Shown: piece by piece, positions 1 through 9,430 of the stretch
Numbering within the stretch: position 1 is the stretch's first letter
Layout: each line of letters starts with the position of its first letter
Assembly: GCA_963806535.1 (NCBI GenBank)
Contig: CAWDYC010000005.1
Coordinates: 320,001 to 384,000 of the forward strand
DNA from: Candidatus Bathyarchaeota archaeon
GTDB taxonomy: Archaea > Thermoproteota > Bathyarchaeia > Bathyarchaeales > Bathycorpusculaceae
Direction of reading: 5' to 3'
Length of the DNA: 64,000 bases
Notes under the pieces: model-generated
What the model was told of the DNA's origin: nothing
The model's database searches: none
Seen by the model: the letters and a program-made list of their open reading frames with translations, nothing else
Program-made: the position numbers and the translations under genes

Positions 1-135
1 AAAATTCACATTGAAGAATTTGATCATCTGAGAATGAATCTCTCTGAGCCGATGGCAAATTTCTTCTTGGTTTATTTTGGAATCGCTTTCTTGGAATGCT
101 GACGCTTGATATTCTGGGGATATTGTTTTTTTCAT
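1..135 (-). CDS. Hypothetical protein, 5' part only (runs off window), translationally coupled to cdc48
   Basis: ATG at 135-133 overlaps the cdc48 stop (TGATG); frame open to position 1: [30 protein letters not shown]... Confidence 0.5.
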   Translation of the reverse strand, partial: MKKTISPEYQASAFQESDSKINQEEICHRLREIHSQMIKFFNVNF

Positions 136-2306
136 CAAAGGTTTTCTCCAGAGCATTGGACCAATTTTTTGCGTTCTTTCATCTTATTGATGGCAGCTTG
201 CATGTCTTCCATGGATATTTCAAGTTTGGTTTTTATTTCGGATGCCTTCACTTTTTCGCTTAGAAAACGGCGAATAGCGAACATCGTAGCTTCTCGACAT
301 ACTCCGTCTATGTCCGCTCCGGTACAACCTTCGGTTTCTTCAACGAGTTTTTCAAATGAAACATTTTTTGCAAGTGGGTTCTTTGCGGTGTGTATTTTGA
401 AAATTTCAAGCCTAGCCTCAGTTTCTGGAGTTGGAACTTGAAGAATAAGGTCGAATCGCCCAGTTCTCAGCAAAGCGGGATCAATTATGTCGATTCGATT
501 TGTAGCTGCTAGAACCATGACACCGTGAAGTTCTTCTAAGCCGTCAATTTCAGTGAGGAATTGGCTAATTACTCTCTCCGACGTGTGAGCATCCGATATT
601 CCGCTTCCACGTTTAGGAACCAATGCGTCTATCTCATCAAAGAAAACGATGCATGGAGCTGATTGTTTTGCTTTCCGAAAGATTTCTCTTACGCCTTTTT
701 CGGATTCTCCCACAAATTTGTTCATAAGGGCTGGACCTTTTACATGGATAAAGTTAGCTTCGCTCTCTTTGGCAACTGCTTTCGCCAAAAGTGTCTTTCC
801 CGTTCCGGGGGGGCCAAAAAGGATTATGCCCTTAGGAGGTTTGGCCCCGGCTTCTTTATAGATATCTGCGTATTTCAAAGGCCATTCTATAGCTTCCATA
901 AGCTCTTGTTTCAATTCGTGAAGACCGCCGATATTTTCCCAAGAAACATTAGGTGTTTCAATTAGAACCTCTCTTAGAGCTGAGGGTTCAACAAAGCGCA
1001 ACGCGTCCTGAAAATCATCCATTCTTACTACTAGTTTGTTGAGCACTTCAGCCGCAATTAATTCGGCTTCAAAGTCAATCTCCGGCAAAATTCTTCGTAG
1101 TGCCTTCATGGCAGCTTCTTTGCAGAGCTCTGTTAAATCTGCGCCAGTGAAGCCATGAGTCAGATTCGACAGAATCATAAGGTCAACTTCTGGTGTAAGA
1201 GGCATACCTCGAGTGTGGATTTGGAGGATTTCAAAACGACCCTCTCTTGTTGGCATTCCTATCTCCACCTCTCGGTCAAATCTACCACCCCTTCGTAGGG
1301 CAGGATCGATTGCATTGGGTCTATTTGTTGCTCCGATGACCACCACTTGTCCGCGTGGTTCTAGCCCGTCCATCAAAGACAGCAGCTGAGATACTACCCT
1401 CTTTTCAACTTCTCCAGTAACTTCTTCTCTTTTCGGAGCTATTGCATCAATCTCATCAATGAATATGATGCAGGGTTTATTCTGTGCAGCTTGGGTGAAT
1501 ATCTCCCTTAAACGACCCTCTGATTCACCGTAGAATTTGCCATGAATTTCTCCGCCGCTAATGCTAATAAAAGTAGCAAAGGTTTCGTTCGCAACTGCCT
1601 TCGCAATAAGCGTTTTTCCAGTTCCAGGTGGACCATGTAGCAAAACTCCTTTGGGTGGTTCTATGCCAAGTCGGTCAAACACTTCTGGGTGACGAAGTGG
1701 CAACTCAATCATCTCTCTGGTCCTTTGAATTTGTTCGGACAGCCCGCCAACATCATCATAAGTGGAACCGAATCGTCTTCCCGTTTCGGCTGTTTTTTCT
1801 CGAATAACGATTTCCGTTGTCGAATGTAATATGGCAGCTGCGCCGTTAGGCTTAATGCGGACAACAATGAAGGAGACGCTTGAGCCTAAAAGTGTAAGCC
1901 GAATCTGGTCTCCTTCAACTAATGGTAAGCCATCCAAGAGGTTACGCACATGTTCTAATGGTTTTTCTCCCCCCCGCCAAGATTGGTCTTGCTCAAGTGG
2001 TGCAAGTGTAACTTTTTCTGCATCCACAACATCGATTTTCCTCACAGAAACGCAGTCGCCAATTCCAACAAAAGAATTGTTCCGTATTATTCCGTCTATT
2101 TGGATTAGATTCTTTCCCCGGTTTTCAGGGTAGGACGGCATGATTTTTGCAACAGTCCTTTTCTTGCCCATTATCTGAATGATGTCACCTGTCTGCGCCT
2201 GAATTTCTTTCATAATTTGAGGATCTATTCTTGCTATTCCTCGACCGAAGTCTCTAAGCGATGCTTCGTCAACGCGCAATGTTGAATTTGGGATGGTTTC
2301 TGACAT
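135..2306 (-). CDS. cdc48: CDC48/VCP-family AAA+ ATPase
   Basis: N-domain ([10 protein letters not shown]), two AAA modules with GPPGTGKT Walker [17 protein letters not shown] Walker [13 protein letters not shown]. Confidence 0.95.
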   Translation of the reverse strand: MSETIPNSTLRVDEASLRDFGRGIARIDPQIMKEIQAQTGDIIQIMGKKRTVAKIMPSYPENRGKNLIQIDGIIRNNSFVGIGDCVSVRKIDVVDAEKVTLAPLEQDQSWRGGEKPLEHVRNLLDGLPLVEGDQIRLTLLGSSVSFIVVRIKPNGAAAILHSTTEIVIREKTAETGRRFGSTYDDVGGLSEQIQRTREMIELPLRHPEVFDRLGIEPPKGVLLHGPPGTGKTLIAKAVANETFATFISISGGEIHGKFYGESEGRLREIFTQAAQNKPCIIFIDEIDAIAPKREEVTGEVEKRVVSQLLSLMDGLEPRGQVVVIGATNRPNAIDPALRRGGRFDREVEIGMPTREGRFEILQIHTRGMPLTPEVDLMILSNLTHGFTGADLTELCKEAAMKALRRILPEIDFEAELIAAEVLNKLVVRMDDFQDALRFVEPSALREVLIETPNVSWENIGGLHELKQELMEAIEWPLKYADIYKEAGAKPPKGIILFGPPGTGKTLLAKAVAKESEANFIHVKGPALMNKFVGESEKGVREIFRKAKQSAPCIVFFDEIDALVPKRGSGISDAHTSERVISQFLTEIDGLEELHGVMVLAATNRIDIIDPALLRTGRFDLILQVPTPETEARLEIFKIHTAKNPLAKNVSFEKLVEETEGCTGADIDGVCREATMFAIRRFLSEKVKASEIKTKLEISMEDMQAAINKMKERKKLVQCSGENL

Positions 2307-2410
2307 TAGTTTTTACCTTCGCAAATTAGACTACTACTTTACTTTTAGTTAATAACTAAATGTATATATACCTTTTGTTGTATTCTCATTGTCGAGGAAG
2401 AAGGCAAGAT

Positions 2411-3018
2411 ATGGAGCCAACAGGCAAATTTCTCCAAATAGTCGGAAACGAAACCCGCAGAAAAATACTCACCCTACTTTCTCAAAAACCACACTACATT
2501 TCCGAAATAGCCAAAAAATTGGAAATCACCCAACCAGCAATACTCAAGCACCTAAGCATCCTTCAAGAAGCAGGACTTATTGAAAGCTTTCGAGAAGAAA
2601 GCCCCTTAGGAGCAGCAAGGAAATATTATAGAATCTGCCACACAGTAGGCGTAGAAGTAGCCATCAATCCCAAAAGCTTCAGCGTGAACAAACAACTTGA
2701 AACAAAAAGTTGCCCAACATATTTGGAAATAGAAAAGACAATAAAAAAATTGACGGAACAAATAAACCGAAATCAAAGATCTGGTTACAAAAGCGAGTAA
2801 AGCAAGAGTATTAATAAAAAACGCTGAGACACTTTTAGCGTGCAAGGACTTTGAAAAAGGGAAACTGGATTTGCGAAACATGCCGTCAAATGGCTATATT
2901 AAGGAAAAAAACTTCGCAAATAATATTGCATGTTTCAAACGGTGATATCGATTCAGGTTTGCGCCAGCTTATGGATGCAATAAACCTCATTTCACCAAAA
3001 TTTGCAGCCAAATCCTAA
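2411..3018 (+). CDS. ArsR/wHTH regulator of Phr/HSR1 heat-shock-regulator type (apparent frameshifts ~2770-2880)
   Basis: GNETRRKILTLLSQKPHYISEIAKKLEITQPAILKHLSILQEAGLIES...RKYYRI; coding continues in another frame to TAA at 3018. Confidence 0.75.
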
Positions 3019-3098
3019 ATTATAGATGAATCAAATTTGACAAGCAAATTTCAGATTGCTATATCTAAAAATATGGTTATGTTCAAAGCAGCTTCTAA

Positions 3099-3671
3099 CT
3101 AATTCAACTGTCGTTTTTTTAGCCTTGCTTGCAAGATATTATTCTTGTAAATAAATTTCACAGGATCTTCCGTAATTGATGCTGGAAGCTTTATCTTCTC
3201 TAAATATTTCCTAATATCGTTCTCCGCAGTAATAGTAACGAAGTCTTCTCCCACGTTCATATTGACGTCTTTTTCGTTCATACCAGGCAATTCTGCTAAA
3301 ACTATTACGTATTCATCCTCTTCAAAAACATCCACAATCGGCTGTTTTTCTTCTCTAAAACCCAATAACGAAGGATATTGCTTTTTTGTTGCAGACTTTC
3401 TAAAACCACACCTTTTTGCTGGAGCCTTTATAAAGTGTAAACTAGCCGGATGCCTGTGAGCAAAAATCACCTTTTTGGTTTGTGTTTGAGAAAAAGTGTT
3501 GTTTTCGAAACGAACAAAATGTGCGCATTTATTACAACATTGCACCAGCACTTTGTCGTTCTTTATGTTTCTTACCATCGGACAAAAAACCCATTCAGCA
3601 TCCTGAATACCTCGGACCAGCAATTTGGTTTTGCCTTTCCTGAAAGCTACCCGACAGATCATCCACATCAA
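3099..3671 (-). CDS. Hsp20/alpha-crystallin (GvpH-like) protein with Cys-containing N-terminal extension
   Basis: PIVDVFEEDEYVIVLAELPG...YKNNILQARLKK alpha-crystallin signature; N-term CPM...CCNKCAHF. Confidence 0.75.
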   Translation of the reverse strand: MMWMICRVAFRKGKTKLLVRGIQDAEWVFCPMVRNIKNDKVLVQCCNKCAHFVRFENNTFSQTQTKKVIFAHRHPASLHFIKAPAKRCGFRKSATKKQYPSLLGFREEKQPIVDVFEEDEYVIVLAELPGMNEKDVNMNVGEDFVTITAENDIRKYLEKIKLPASITEDPVKFIYKNNILQARLKKRQLN

Positions 3672-3841
3672 ATTGGGCCTCTATTATATCACATCAAAGA
3701 AACGGCAGGTATTATCTTTTCGAAACTTGATTGCATTCAATTTCATTATGTTTAAACCCGCTCTTAAGCGTTAATTGTTGTCATAGTTGTATAGGTTTTA
3801 CTCCGTAATTAGAATATTTCGAAAAACGAAACAAGTCAATA

Positions 3842-3908
3842 TCGGATCTCGATACGAACGCCGTTTTACCCCCCTGAATATTACTTAAATAGTAATATAT
3901 CGTACTCG
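3842..3908 (+). promoter_or_regulatory. gvpA promoter: UAS-like box plus BRE/TATA, shared with gvpN promoter
   Basis: TCGgaTCTCGAtAC...CTGAATATTaCTTAAA...CTCG with identical spacing to 5276-5342. Confidence 0.6.
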
Positions 3909-3947
3909 AGAAGCATAACAAAGCTTCCATAAAGAGGTGAACTAAAA

Positions 3948-4175
3948 ATGGTGCAACAAAGTCCAGATTCAGGTAGTTTGGCAGAAGTAATCGATCGCAT
4001 AATGGACAAAGGTATAGTCGTCGATGCTTGGGCAAGAGCTTCACTGGTTGGAATCGAAATTCTCACCATCGAGGCACGTGTCGTAGTCGCTTCAGTCGAT
4101 ACATTCCTACATTACGCAGAAGAAATCACAAAGGTCGAACAAGCAGCAATAGCTACTCCTGTTCCAGCGTCCTAA
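3948..4175 (+). CDS. gvpA: Major gas vesicle structural protein GvpA (copy 1)
   Basis: [51 protein letters not shown]; GAGGTGA RBS. Confidence 0.97.
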   Translation: MVQQSPDSGSLAEVIDRIMDKGIVVDAWARASLVGIEILTIEARVVVASVDTFLHYAEEITKVEQAAIATPVPAS

Positions 4176-4254
4176 ATCTGTAAAAAAAATAATACAAGTT
4201 TGAGATGAAAAAAATGTCTAAACAAAAAACGAAAAATCGAGAGGTGAACTAAAA

Positions 4255-4482
4255 ATGGTGCAACAAAGTCCAGATTCAGGTAGTTTGGCAGAAGTAATCG
4301 ATCGCATAATGGACAAAGGTATAGTCGTCGATGCTTGGGCAAGAGCTTCACTGGTTGGAATCGAAATTCTCACCATCGAGGCACGTGTCGTAGTCGCTTC
4401 AGTCGATACATTCCTACATTACGCAGAAGAAATCACAAAGGTCGAACAAGCAGCAATAGCTACTCCTGTTCCAGCGTCCTAA
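4255..4482 (+). CDS. gvpA: Major gas vesicle structural protein GvpA (copy 2, identical)
   Basis: Identical to copy 1; GAGGTGA RBS. Confidence 0.95.
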   Translation: MVQQSPDSGSLAEVIDRIMDKGIVVDAWARASLVGIEILTIEARVVVASVDTFLHYAEEITKVEQAAIATPVPAS

Positions 4483-4511
4483 ATCTGTAAAAAAAATAAT
4501 ACAAGTTTGAG

Positions 4512-4892
4512 ATGAAAAAAATGTCTAAACAAAAAACAAAAAATCAAAAAGGGACAGCAACTGAAACAACGAAGAAAACTACTCCAAATCCAAATTCCGT
4601 AAATGGCAAGAAAAAACTTTACCAGCAAACCGCCATCAATTTCCAGCAAGCCGCAAACGAAATGCTCGCAGAAGGTATCTGTAACCTTCAAACGGGCGTT
4701 TCCAGTATGCAGAAAAGCATCAATCAAACCACAATCAATTTCCAAAAAGCTGCCAACAAAATGCATGCAGACGGTGCAAACAACCTAAGATCGGGCGTCG
4801 CTGAAATGATGACTGGTATCGCTGCCATGCAAGCTAGCATAGCCAATCAAGCAAAAGCCCAGCAAGAATACATTAAACAGTTCTACGGATGA
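4512..4892 (+). CDS. GvpC-like helical repeat protein
   Basis: Two 33-aa repeats (QTAINFQQAANEM.../QTTINFQKAANKM...), C-terminal YIKQFYG, position between gvpA and gvpN. Confidence 0.6.
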   Translation: MKKMSKQKTKNQKGTATETTKKTTPNPNSVNGKKKLYQQTAINFQQAANEMLAEGICNLQTGVSSMQKSINQTTINFQKAANKMHADGANNLRSGVAEMMTGIAAMQASIANQAKAQQEYIKQFYG

Positions 4893-4999
4893 TCCCCTCA
4901 CCCGTTGGAACAAAGCTGCTCCCAATCCCCAATTTTTTTTCAATTAGTCAGATCAATCGATGAAGTAAATGGCTAAGTAATCAAAGAGAGGTGAATTGA

Positions 5000-5161
5000 A
5001 TGTCAAAAATGCCAAAAAGTGCAGTTAACGCACAAGAAAGAGATAAAAAAATAAAATGGTTAAGAAAGCACAGAGAAATGGTACAATATTGTTCAGTAGT
5101 TCCTCGTCCGCAGAGAGTTCGCATGCTCTGGGTAAATGATCTCAAAAAAGAAAGGTCTTAA
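5000..5161 (+). CDS. Small basic protein (53 aa), possibly GvpI-like
   Basis: GAGGTGA RBS; MSKMPKSAVNAQERDKKIKWLRKHREMVQYCSVVPRPQRVRMLWVNDLKKERS; below ORF-track cutoff. Confidence 0.55.
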   Translation: MSKMPKSAVNAQERDKKIKWLRKHREMVQYCSVVPRPQRVRMLWVNDLKKERS

Positions 5162-5275
5162 TTATTCAAGGACCACTTTTTCTCTTTTCAAAAACTAAGT
5201 ATTCAAAATCGAATTTGAATGAGCACCTTAAAAGAACCCATATTTCAATCTTGGGAAAGTTTTTGCCAATAGTTT

Positions 5276-5342
5276 TCGATTCTCGAAACAGTTCTCGTAA
5301 CGTGTATCTGAATATTCCTTAAAAGGTTTGCTGTAAGTCTCG
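5276..5342 (+). promoter_or_regulatory. gvpN promoter with the same architecture as the gvpA promoter
   Basis: TCGatTCTCGAaAC...CTGAATATTcCTTAAA...CTCG, same spacing as 3842-3908. Confidence 0.6.
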
Positions 5343-5375
5343 CATGTATAAGGAAAAAAAAGAGGACTTTAAAAA

Positions 5376-6437
5376 ATGAAATACATGCCAACTCATCAGA
5401 GAGTTGTTCGCGGAAAACGAGTTCATGAAACCTTGGAAGAAAGGCAAACTAAAGTTTCCGATGAAACAAAACATCCGGAACTCTCAATCGATAAAATAGA
5501 AACAGAGTTCCTAACTCCCTCAATCGAAAGTTTTATTGAAACCGTACAAGTCAGAAAGTTAAAAGACAGAATTAGACTCTGGGTTAAAGCTTCATGTCAC
5601 CCCCATATTGTCGGCCCCACTGGTTGCGGAAAAACAACAATGGCAATGCAAGTAGCAAAAGAATTGGGCAGACCAACAGTATGGATAAACGGCGATGATC
5701 AAATAACAACAACAGACTTAATCGGTGGATACTCAGAAATGGAAGCTGAAAGTCTGGTAGACAAATACATCCATAACGTCAGGGTAACTAAGGACAAGAC
5801 AAAATACAGATGGGTTGACAATCCGTTAACACTCGCTTGTAAACATGGCTACACATTAGTCTATAATGAATTCTCGAGATCAAAGCCAGAAGCCAACAAC
5901 GTTCTGCTATCAGTATTAGAAGAACACGTTTTAGAACTCCCAACTATGTTTGGAGAAGAAAGATACGTCAAGGTTCATCCAGATTTCAAAGTGATATTCA
6001 CAAGTAACTCTGTGGAGTATGCAGGAGTACACAGACCACAAGATGCCCTATTGGACAGAATGATAGATCTTCACATGGATTATTACGACTTTGATACTGA
6101 AGTAAAAATTGTTAGAGCGCATTCCCACATCTCAATGGTCGAGGCGAAAAATATTGTCAAAATCGTTCGGACATTAAGAGAAGAACTGCCTGCCCCTCAT
6201 AAACCTGGCACACGGGCTGAAATCATGATTTCTAAAGGCCTCAAAGCTATGGGCAAGTATTCAAAAGAAGACTTTGAACAAATTTGCTTAGATGTGCTCG
6301 CAACAAAAATAGGCAATCCAACGGAAATTCCTAAAAAAATTGATTTCATAAAGGAAATGCTAAGTGATGCTCACTCAAACATACAGAAAAACCGGTCCGA
6401 TTTTATAGTACCAGAAATCGGGGTTTGCACGACTTAG
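5376..6437 (+). CDS. gvpN: Gas vesicle AAA+ ATPase GvpN
   Basis: GPTGCGKTTMA, WVDNPLTLAC, YNEFSRSKPEANNVLLSVLEE, EYAGVHRPQDALLDR. Confidence 0.95.
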   Translation: MKYMPTHQRVVRGKRVHETLEERQTKVSDETKHPELSIDKIETEFLTPSIESFIETVQVRKLKDRIRLWVKASCHPHIVGPTGCGKTTMAMQVAKELGRPTVWINGDDQITTTDLIGGYSEMEAESLVDKYIHNVRVTKDKTKYRWVDNPLTLACKHGYTLVYNEFSRSKPEANNVLLSVLEEHVLELPTMFGEERYVKVHPDFKVIFTSNSVEYAGVHRPQDALLDRMIDLHMDYYDFDTEVKIVRAHSHISMVEAKNIVKIVRTLREELPAPHKPGTRAEIMISKGLKAMGKYSKEDFEQICLDVLATKIGNPTEIPKKIDFIKEMLSDAHSNIQKNRSDFIVPEIGVCTT

Positions 6438-6459
6438 GATCTCATTGAAAGGAGACTAA

Positions 6460-6750
6460 ATGAAAATGGCGTTAGAGAAGATCTCTCTTTTCAAAGTCAC
6501 GGAAGTAGCATTTGATGCAGCAAAAAGATTTCTTTCCAAAAATCCAGAGACTATCATAGATATAAAAGAAAAAAAAGACGAATGGGCTGTCACTATTGAA
6601 GTACTGCAGAGAAAGTCAATACCTGACACACAAGATCTTCTCGCAAGATATGTAATAAGAATAGGCAAAGATGGACAAGTAATAGGCTGGACCCAGAAAA
6701 TGGTCAGAAAGCGAAGCGATCGAATTTCACCTGAAACAACAGAGGAATAG
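6460..6750 (+). CDS. gvpO: Gas vesicle protein GvpO/GvpR-like
   Basis: WAVTIEVLQRKSIPDTQDLLARYVI motif; directly after gvpN. Confidence 0.85.
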   Translation: MKMALEKISLFKVTEVAFDAAKRFLSKNPETIIDIKEKKDEWAVTIEVLQRKSIPDTQDLLARYVIRIGKDGQVIGWTQKMVRKRSDRISPETTEE

Positions 6751-6775
6751 GAAGATAACTAAGGAATGAAAACAC

Positions 6776-7597
6776 ATGGAAACTGCAACACTCTCTCAAC
6801 AGCTTCTGAATATGGACACTATTAATCCTAAACATGCTCTTCACTTGTATGCCCCAAATGTCGATAAGTATTCGATTCAAAATGCCTTCTTGATTTCCTC
6901 TCGACTCGGCCAAAAAATAATTTATGTTACTGCTGACAGCAGCGCCTTGCTAATAAAAGAGTTTAATCATGTAGGAGGAAAATTAAGAGTTGTTTCCCCA
7001 AGTGAACTATACGAACTCAAAAAAGAAGATTTTGAACAACAACTTATTGTCGATGCAGGTTCGTTAATCAATCAAGAATATGCGGAAATTGAAAGAAGGG
7101 AAAGCTTTCTAAATGAGTTATGCCTAAAGCGCAACTTAAACTGCTTATGTACGTACGACGTTACGAAATTCAACTTTGAAAAGATCAAGCAATTAGCTTC
7201 ACTCCATAAAGAACTTTGCTTAACAACAAATGATCTCACAATATTATCTGGTGATTTCTTTGATGAATCAACATTGTCAGCCGAATCGGTTGAAAAAATA
7301 GTAAAAGACAACTTAGAAAACGTGATTTTAGCGATTCTTCAGAAGAACATGATGTGCGGAACAGAAATAATCGGAACTATACACTTGAAGTTTAACGTGT
7401 TGCTTAGTCCGGGAACAATATATCCGATGCTTCATTCGTTGAAACAGAAAGGATTATTGACGTTTAAGAAATCAGGCAAAGAAATAGTTTATGGACCAGT
7501 CGAAGATGCTAAACCCAGAATAAGAAATCTGGTTAATGAGCATATTCAAGCTCACTCAGTTCTAAACCATTACCTGCAACAAGAACTAAAAATCTAG
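6776..7597 (+). CDS. MEDS-like sensor fused to GvpE/PadR-like wHTH regulator
   Basis: N-term ...RESFLNE...CLCTYD...H (MEDS-like); C-term IVKDNLENVILAIL...CGTEII...LLSPGTIYPMLHSL. Confidence 0.65.
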   Translation: METATLSQQLLNMDTINPKHALHLYAPNVDKYSIQNAFLISSRLGQKIIYVTADSSALLIKEFNHVGGKLRVVSPSELYELKKEDFEQQLIVDAGSLINQEYAEIERRESFLNELCLKRNLNCLCTYDVTKFNFEKIKQLASLHKELCLTTNDLTILSGDFFDESTLSAESVEKIVKDNLENVILAILQKNMMCGTEIIGTIHLKFNVLLSPGTIYPMLHSLKQKGLLTFKKSGKEIVYGPVEDAKPRIRNLVNEHIQAHSVLNHYLQQELKI

Positions 7598-7608
7598 AGG
7601 GTTGACGA

Positions 7609-8268
7609 ATGAAAAGAGAAGAAGGAAAATACTTTTACTGCGCAATAAAAAGCAACGAAGTGAAAAACTTTGGCAAAATAGGTCTCGGCAACGAAGAAGT
7701 CTACACCATTCCATGTGGAGACATAGCTGCAGTTGTCAGTGACTCTCCAATGACTGATTACGAATTGACCGAAGATAACACAAAGAAACATGAGAACGTA
7801 ATTAAAGAAATAATGAATCAATACTCAGTTGTACCAACGGAATTTGGGACCACAATAAAAAATGAAATAATCCTAAAACGCTTGCTAAAGAAAGCCTACA
7901 ACCCTACAGCAGAATCCCTAAAACTCGTTGAAAACATGGTTGAACTCGGAGTGAAAATTGTGCAAACCGATAAAACCGTTTTCGTAGACGATCAACAGAA
8001 AAAAACATTGGCCTCTGAAATTACTGAGTCTTTAAAATCAAAATCAAAAGAAACAGTTACGTGTGACTTATTTAGCGAGAGACTTGTTTTAAATGCCTCT
8101 TTTTTGGTTAACAAAGAACGGATAGATGCTTTCTCGGATGAAATTGAAATCTTGCAGATTAAATATCCAAAACTAAAGTTTCTCTATAGTGGACCCTGGG
8201 CACCGCATAACTTTGTATATATAAAAATTGGCACCGAAGGCGTGGAAATAAAGAAAAAGCAGGAGTAA
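7609..8268 (+). CDS. gvpF: GvpF/GvpL-family gas vesicle protein
   Basis: YFYCAI, IAAVVSD, HENVI, VVPTEFGT, YSGPWAPHNFV. Confidence 0.85.
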   Translation: MKREEGKYFYCAIKSNEVKNFGKIGLGNEEVYTIPCGDIAAVVSDSPMTDYELTEDNTKKHENVIKEIMNQYSVVPTEFGTTIKNEIILKRLLKKAYNPTAESLKLVENMVELGVKIVQTDKTVFVDDQQKKTLASEITESLKSKSKETVTCDLFSERLVLNASFLVNKERIDAFSDEIEILQIKYPKLKFLYSGPWAPHNFVYIKIGTEGVEIKKKQE

Positions 8269-8272
8269 TAAG

Positions 8273-8563
8273 ATGCCATTTTTCATAGACGATATATTTC
8301 TAGAAATGCTTGGCCTCTCTGTGCCGCCATTTGATATGATCTGGCTTATGGAGACAATCATGGATTATGGTGACGAAGGAAGAGTTAAAGAAAATCAACG
8401 AAGAATCAACAATGAATTAAGAGAAAATAGGCTACTCTATGAACTTGGCGAAATAACCAAGGAAGAATATGAAAAAAACAATAGTGAACTTTGCCATCAA
8501 CGCCTAATGAACAAACGATTAAACATTGTGCGTCCCAGTCAGAGAATAAACATTCTAGGATAA
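8273..8563 (+). CDS. gvpG: Gas vesicle protein GvpG
   Basis: FFIDDIF...LRENRLLYELGEITKEEYE. Confidence 0.85.
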   Translation: MPFFIDDIFLEMLGLSVPPFDMIWLMETIMDYGDEGRVKENQRRINNELRENRLLYELGEITKEEYEKNNSELCHQRLMNKRLNIVRPSQRINILG

Positions 8564-8717
8564 TTTTGTAGGAAGAGAAAAACATGATAGAAACACAAAA
8601 AAAATTAGTTAATCCAAAACGTTCAGAAAATCGAAGTGAAAAGGCGAATTCAGGATTAGAATTAGCCTTATTCTCAGAAAAAATAGGTATCTGTTCAATC
8701 AATAGGAGAAATGTCAT

Positions 8718-9041
8718 TTGTCCAATAGATCACGAGATACCACCCTAGTCAGCCTATTAGACGTAATACTAGACAAGGGCGTCACAGTAGATGCAAGGGC
8801 AAAGATTCGCTTTAGTAACATCGATCTTTTGGACACTAAAACTCGTATAATCCTTTCATCTTTTGAGACAGCTAAAAGAATTGGTTTGAAGTTTCCCGAA
8901 AATACTAATTTGAACACCCAATCATGGCAATCCTTAGCAACAATGCAGTCGTGCCTTAACTGTGGCAAAGAAATCAACCAAGAGGAACTTCATAGCGAGT
9001 GCCCATGGTGTGGATGGGTCAACAAACAAAATTGGAGGTAG
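8718..9041 (+). CDS. GvpA-family (GvpJ/M-like) protein with C-terminal zinc ribbon
   Basis: LVSLLDVILDKGV...SFETAKRIGLKFP; CLNC...CPWCGW. Confidence 0.8.
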   Translation: MSNRSRDTTLVSLLDVILDKGVTVDARAKIRFSNIDLLDTKTRIILSSFETAKRIGLKFPENTNLNTQSWQSLATMQSCLNCGKEINQEELHSECPWCGWVNKQNWR

Positions 9042-9046
9042 AAAAC

Positions 9047-9430
9047 ATGGAGAACATGACTTTAACGCCTGAAAAAGAACATTCTGGATTAGCTGACGCA
9101 ATCGATAGAATACTAGATAAGGGATTAGTGATTAACGCAGACATCGCTATCAGTGTTGCTGGAGTGGAACTGCTCGGAATAAAAATCAGAGCTGCTCTTG
9201 CTTCTTTTGAGACTGCAGCGAAATATGGACTAGAATTTCCATCAGGAACCAATCTAGATACAGCCGCCTGGAAAAACGCCGCAATAGAAAAAGAAGATTG
9301 CCCGCAATGCAGCAAAGAAGTTAACAGAGAAGAACTGCTGAACTTCGCATGTCCCTGGTGCGGATGGGAAAGCGCCAGAGCCAAGAAACTAAAACCAATG
9401 AAAGTTGGAGTGAAGGTGGGTGTAAATTGA
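9047..9430 (+). CDS. gvpJ: Gas vesicle protein GvpJ with C-terminal zinc ribbon
   Basis: LADAIDRILDKGLVINADIAISVAGVELLGIKIRAALASFETAAKYGLEFPSGT; CPQC...CPWCGW; GGAGG RBS. Confidence 0.85.
   Translation: MENMTLTPEKEHSGLADAIDRILDKGLVINADIAISVAGVELLGIKIRAALASFETAAKYGLEFPSGTNLDTAAWKNAAIEKEDCPQCSKEVNREELLNFACPWCGWESARAKKLKPMKVGVKVGVN

Larger units (their letters stand above)
3933..4545 (+). repeat. 307-bp-period tandem duplication containing gvpA (units 3933-4238 and 4240-4545)
   Basis: Near-identical units including RBS, gvpA and the first ~34 nt of the next gene; one visible mismatch (4231 G vs 4538 A). Confidence 0.95.

Noticed and set aside
106-2133. Antisense ORFs over cdc48, and similar shadow ORFs throughout the track
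   Set aside because: They lie opposite well-supported genes and lack recognisable motifs.
8584-8748. ~54-aa ORF between gvpG and the GvpJ-like gene
   Set aside because: No clear RBS or motif and it overlaps the next gene out of frame; may be spurious or a frameshifted N-terminus.
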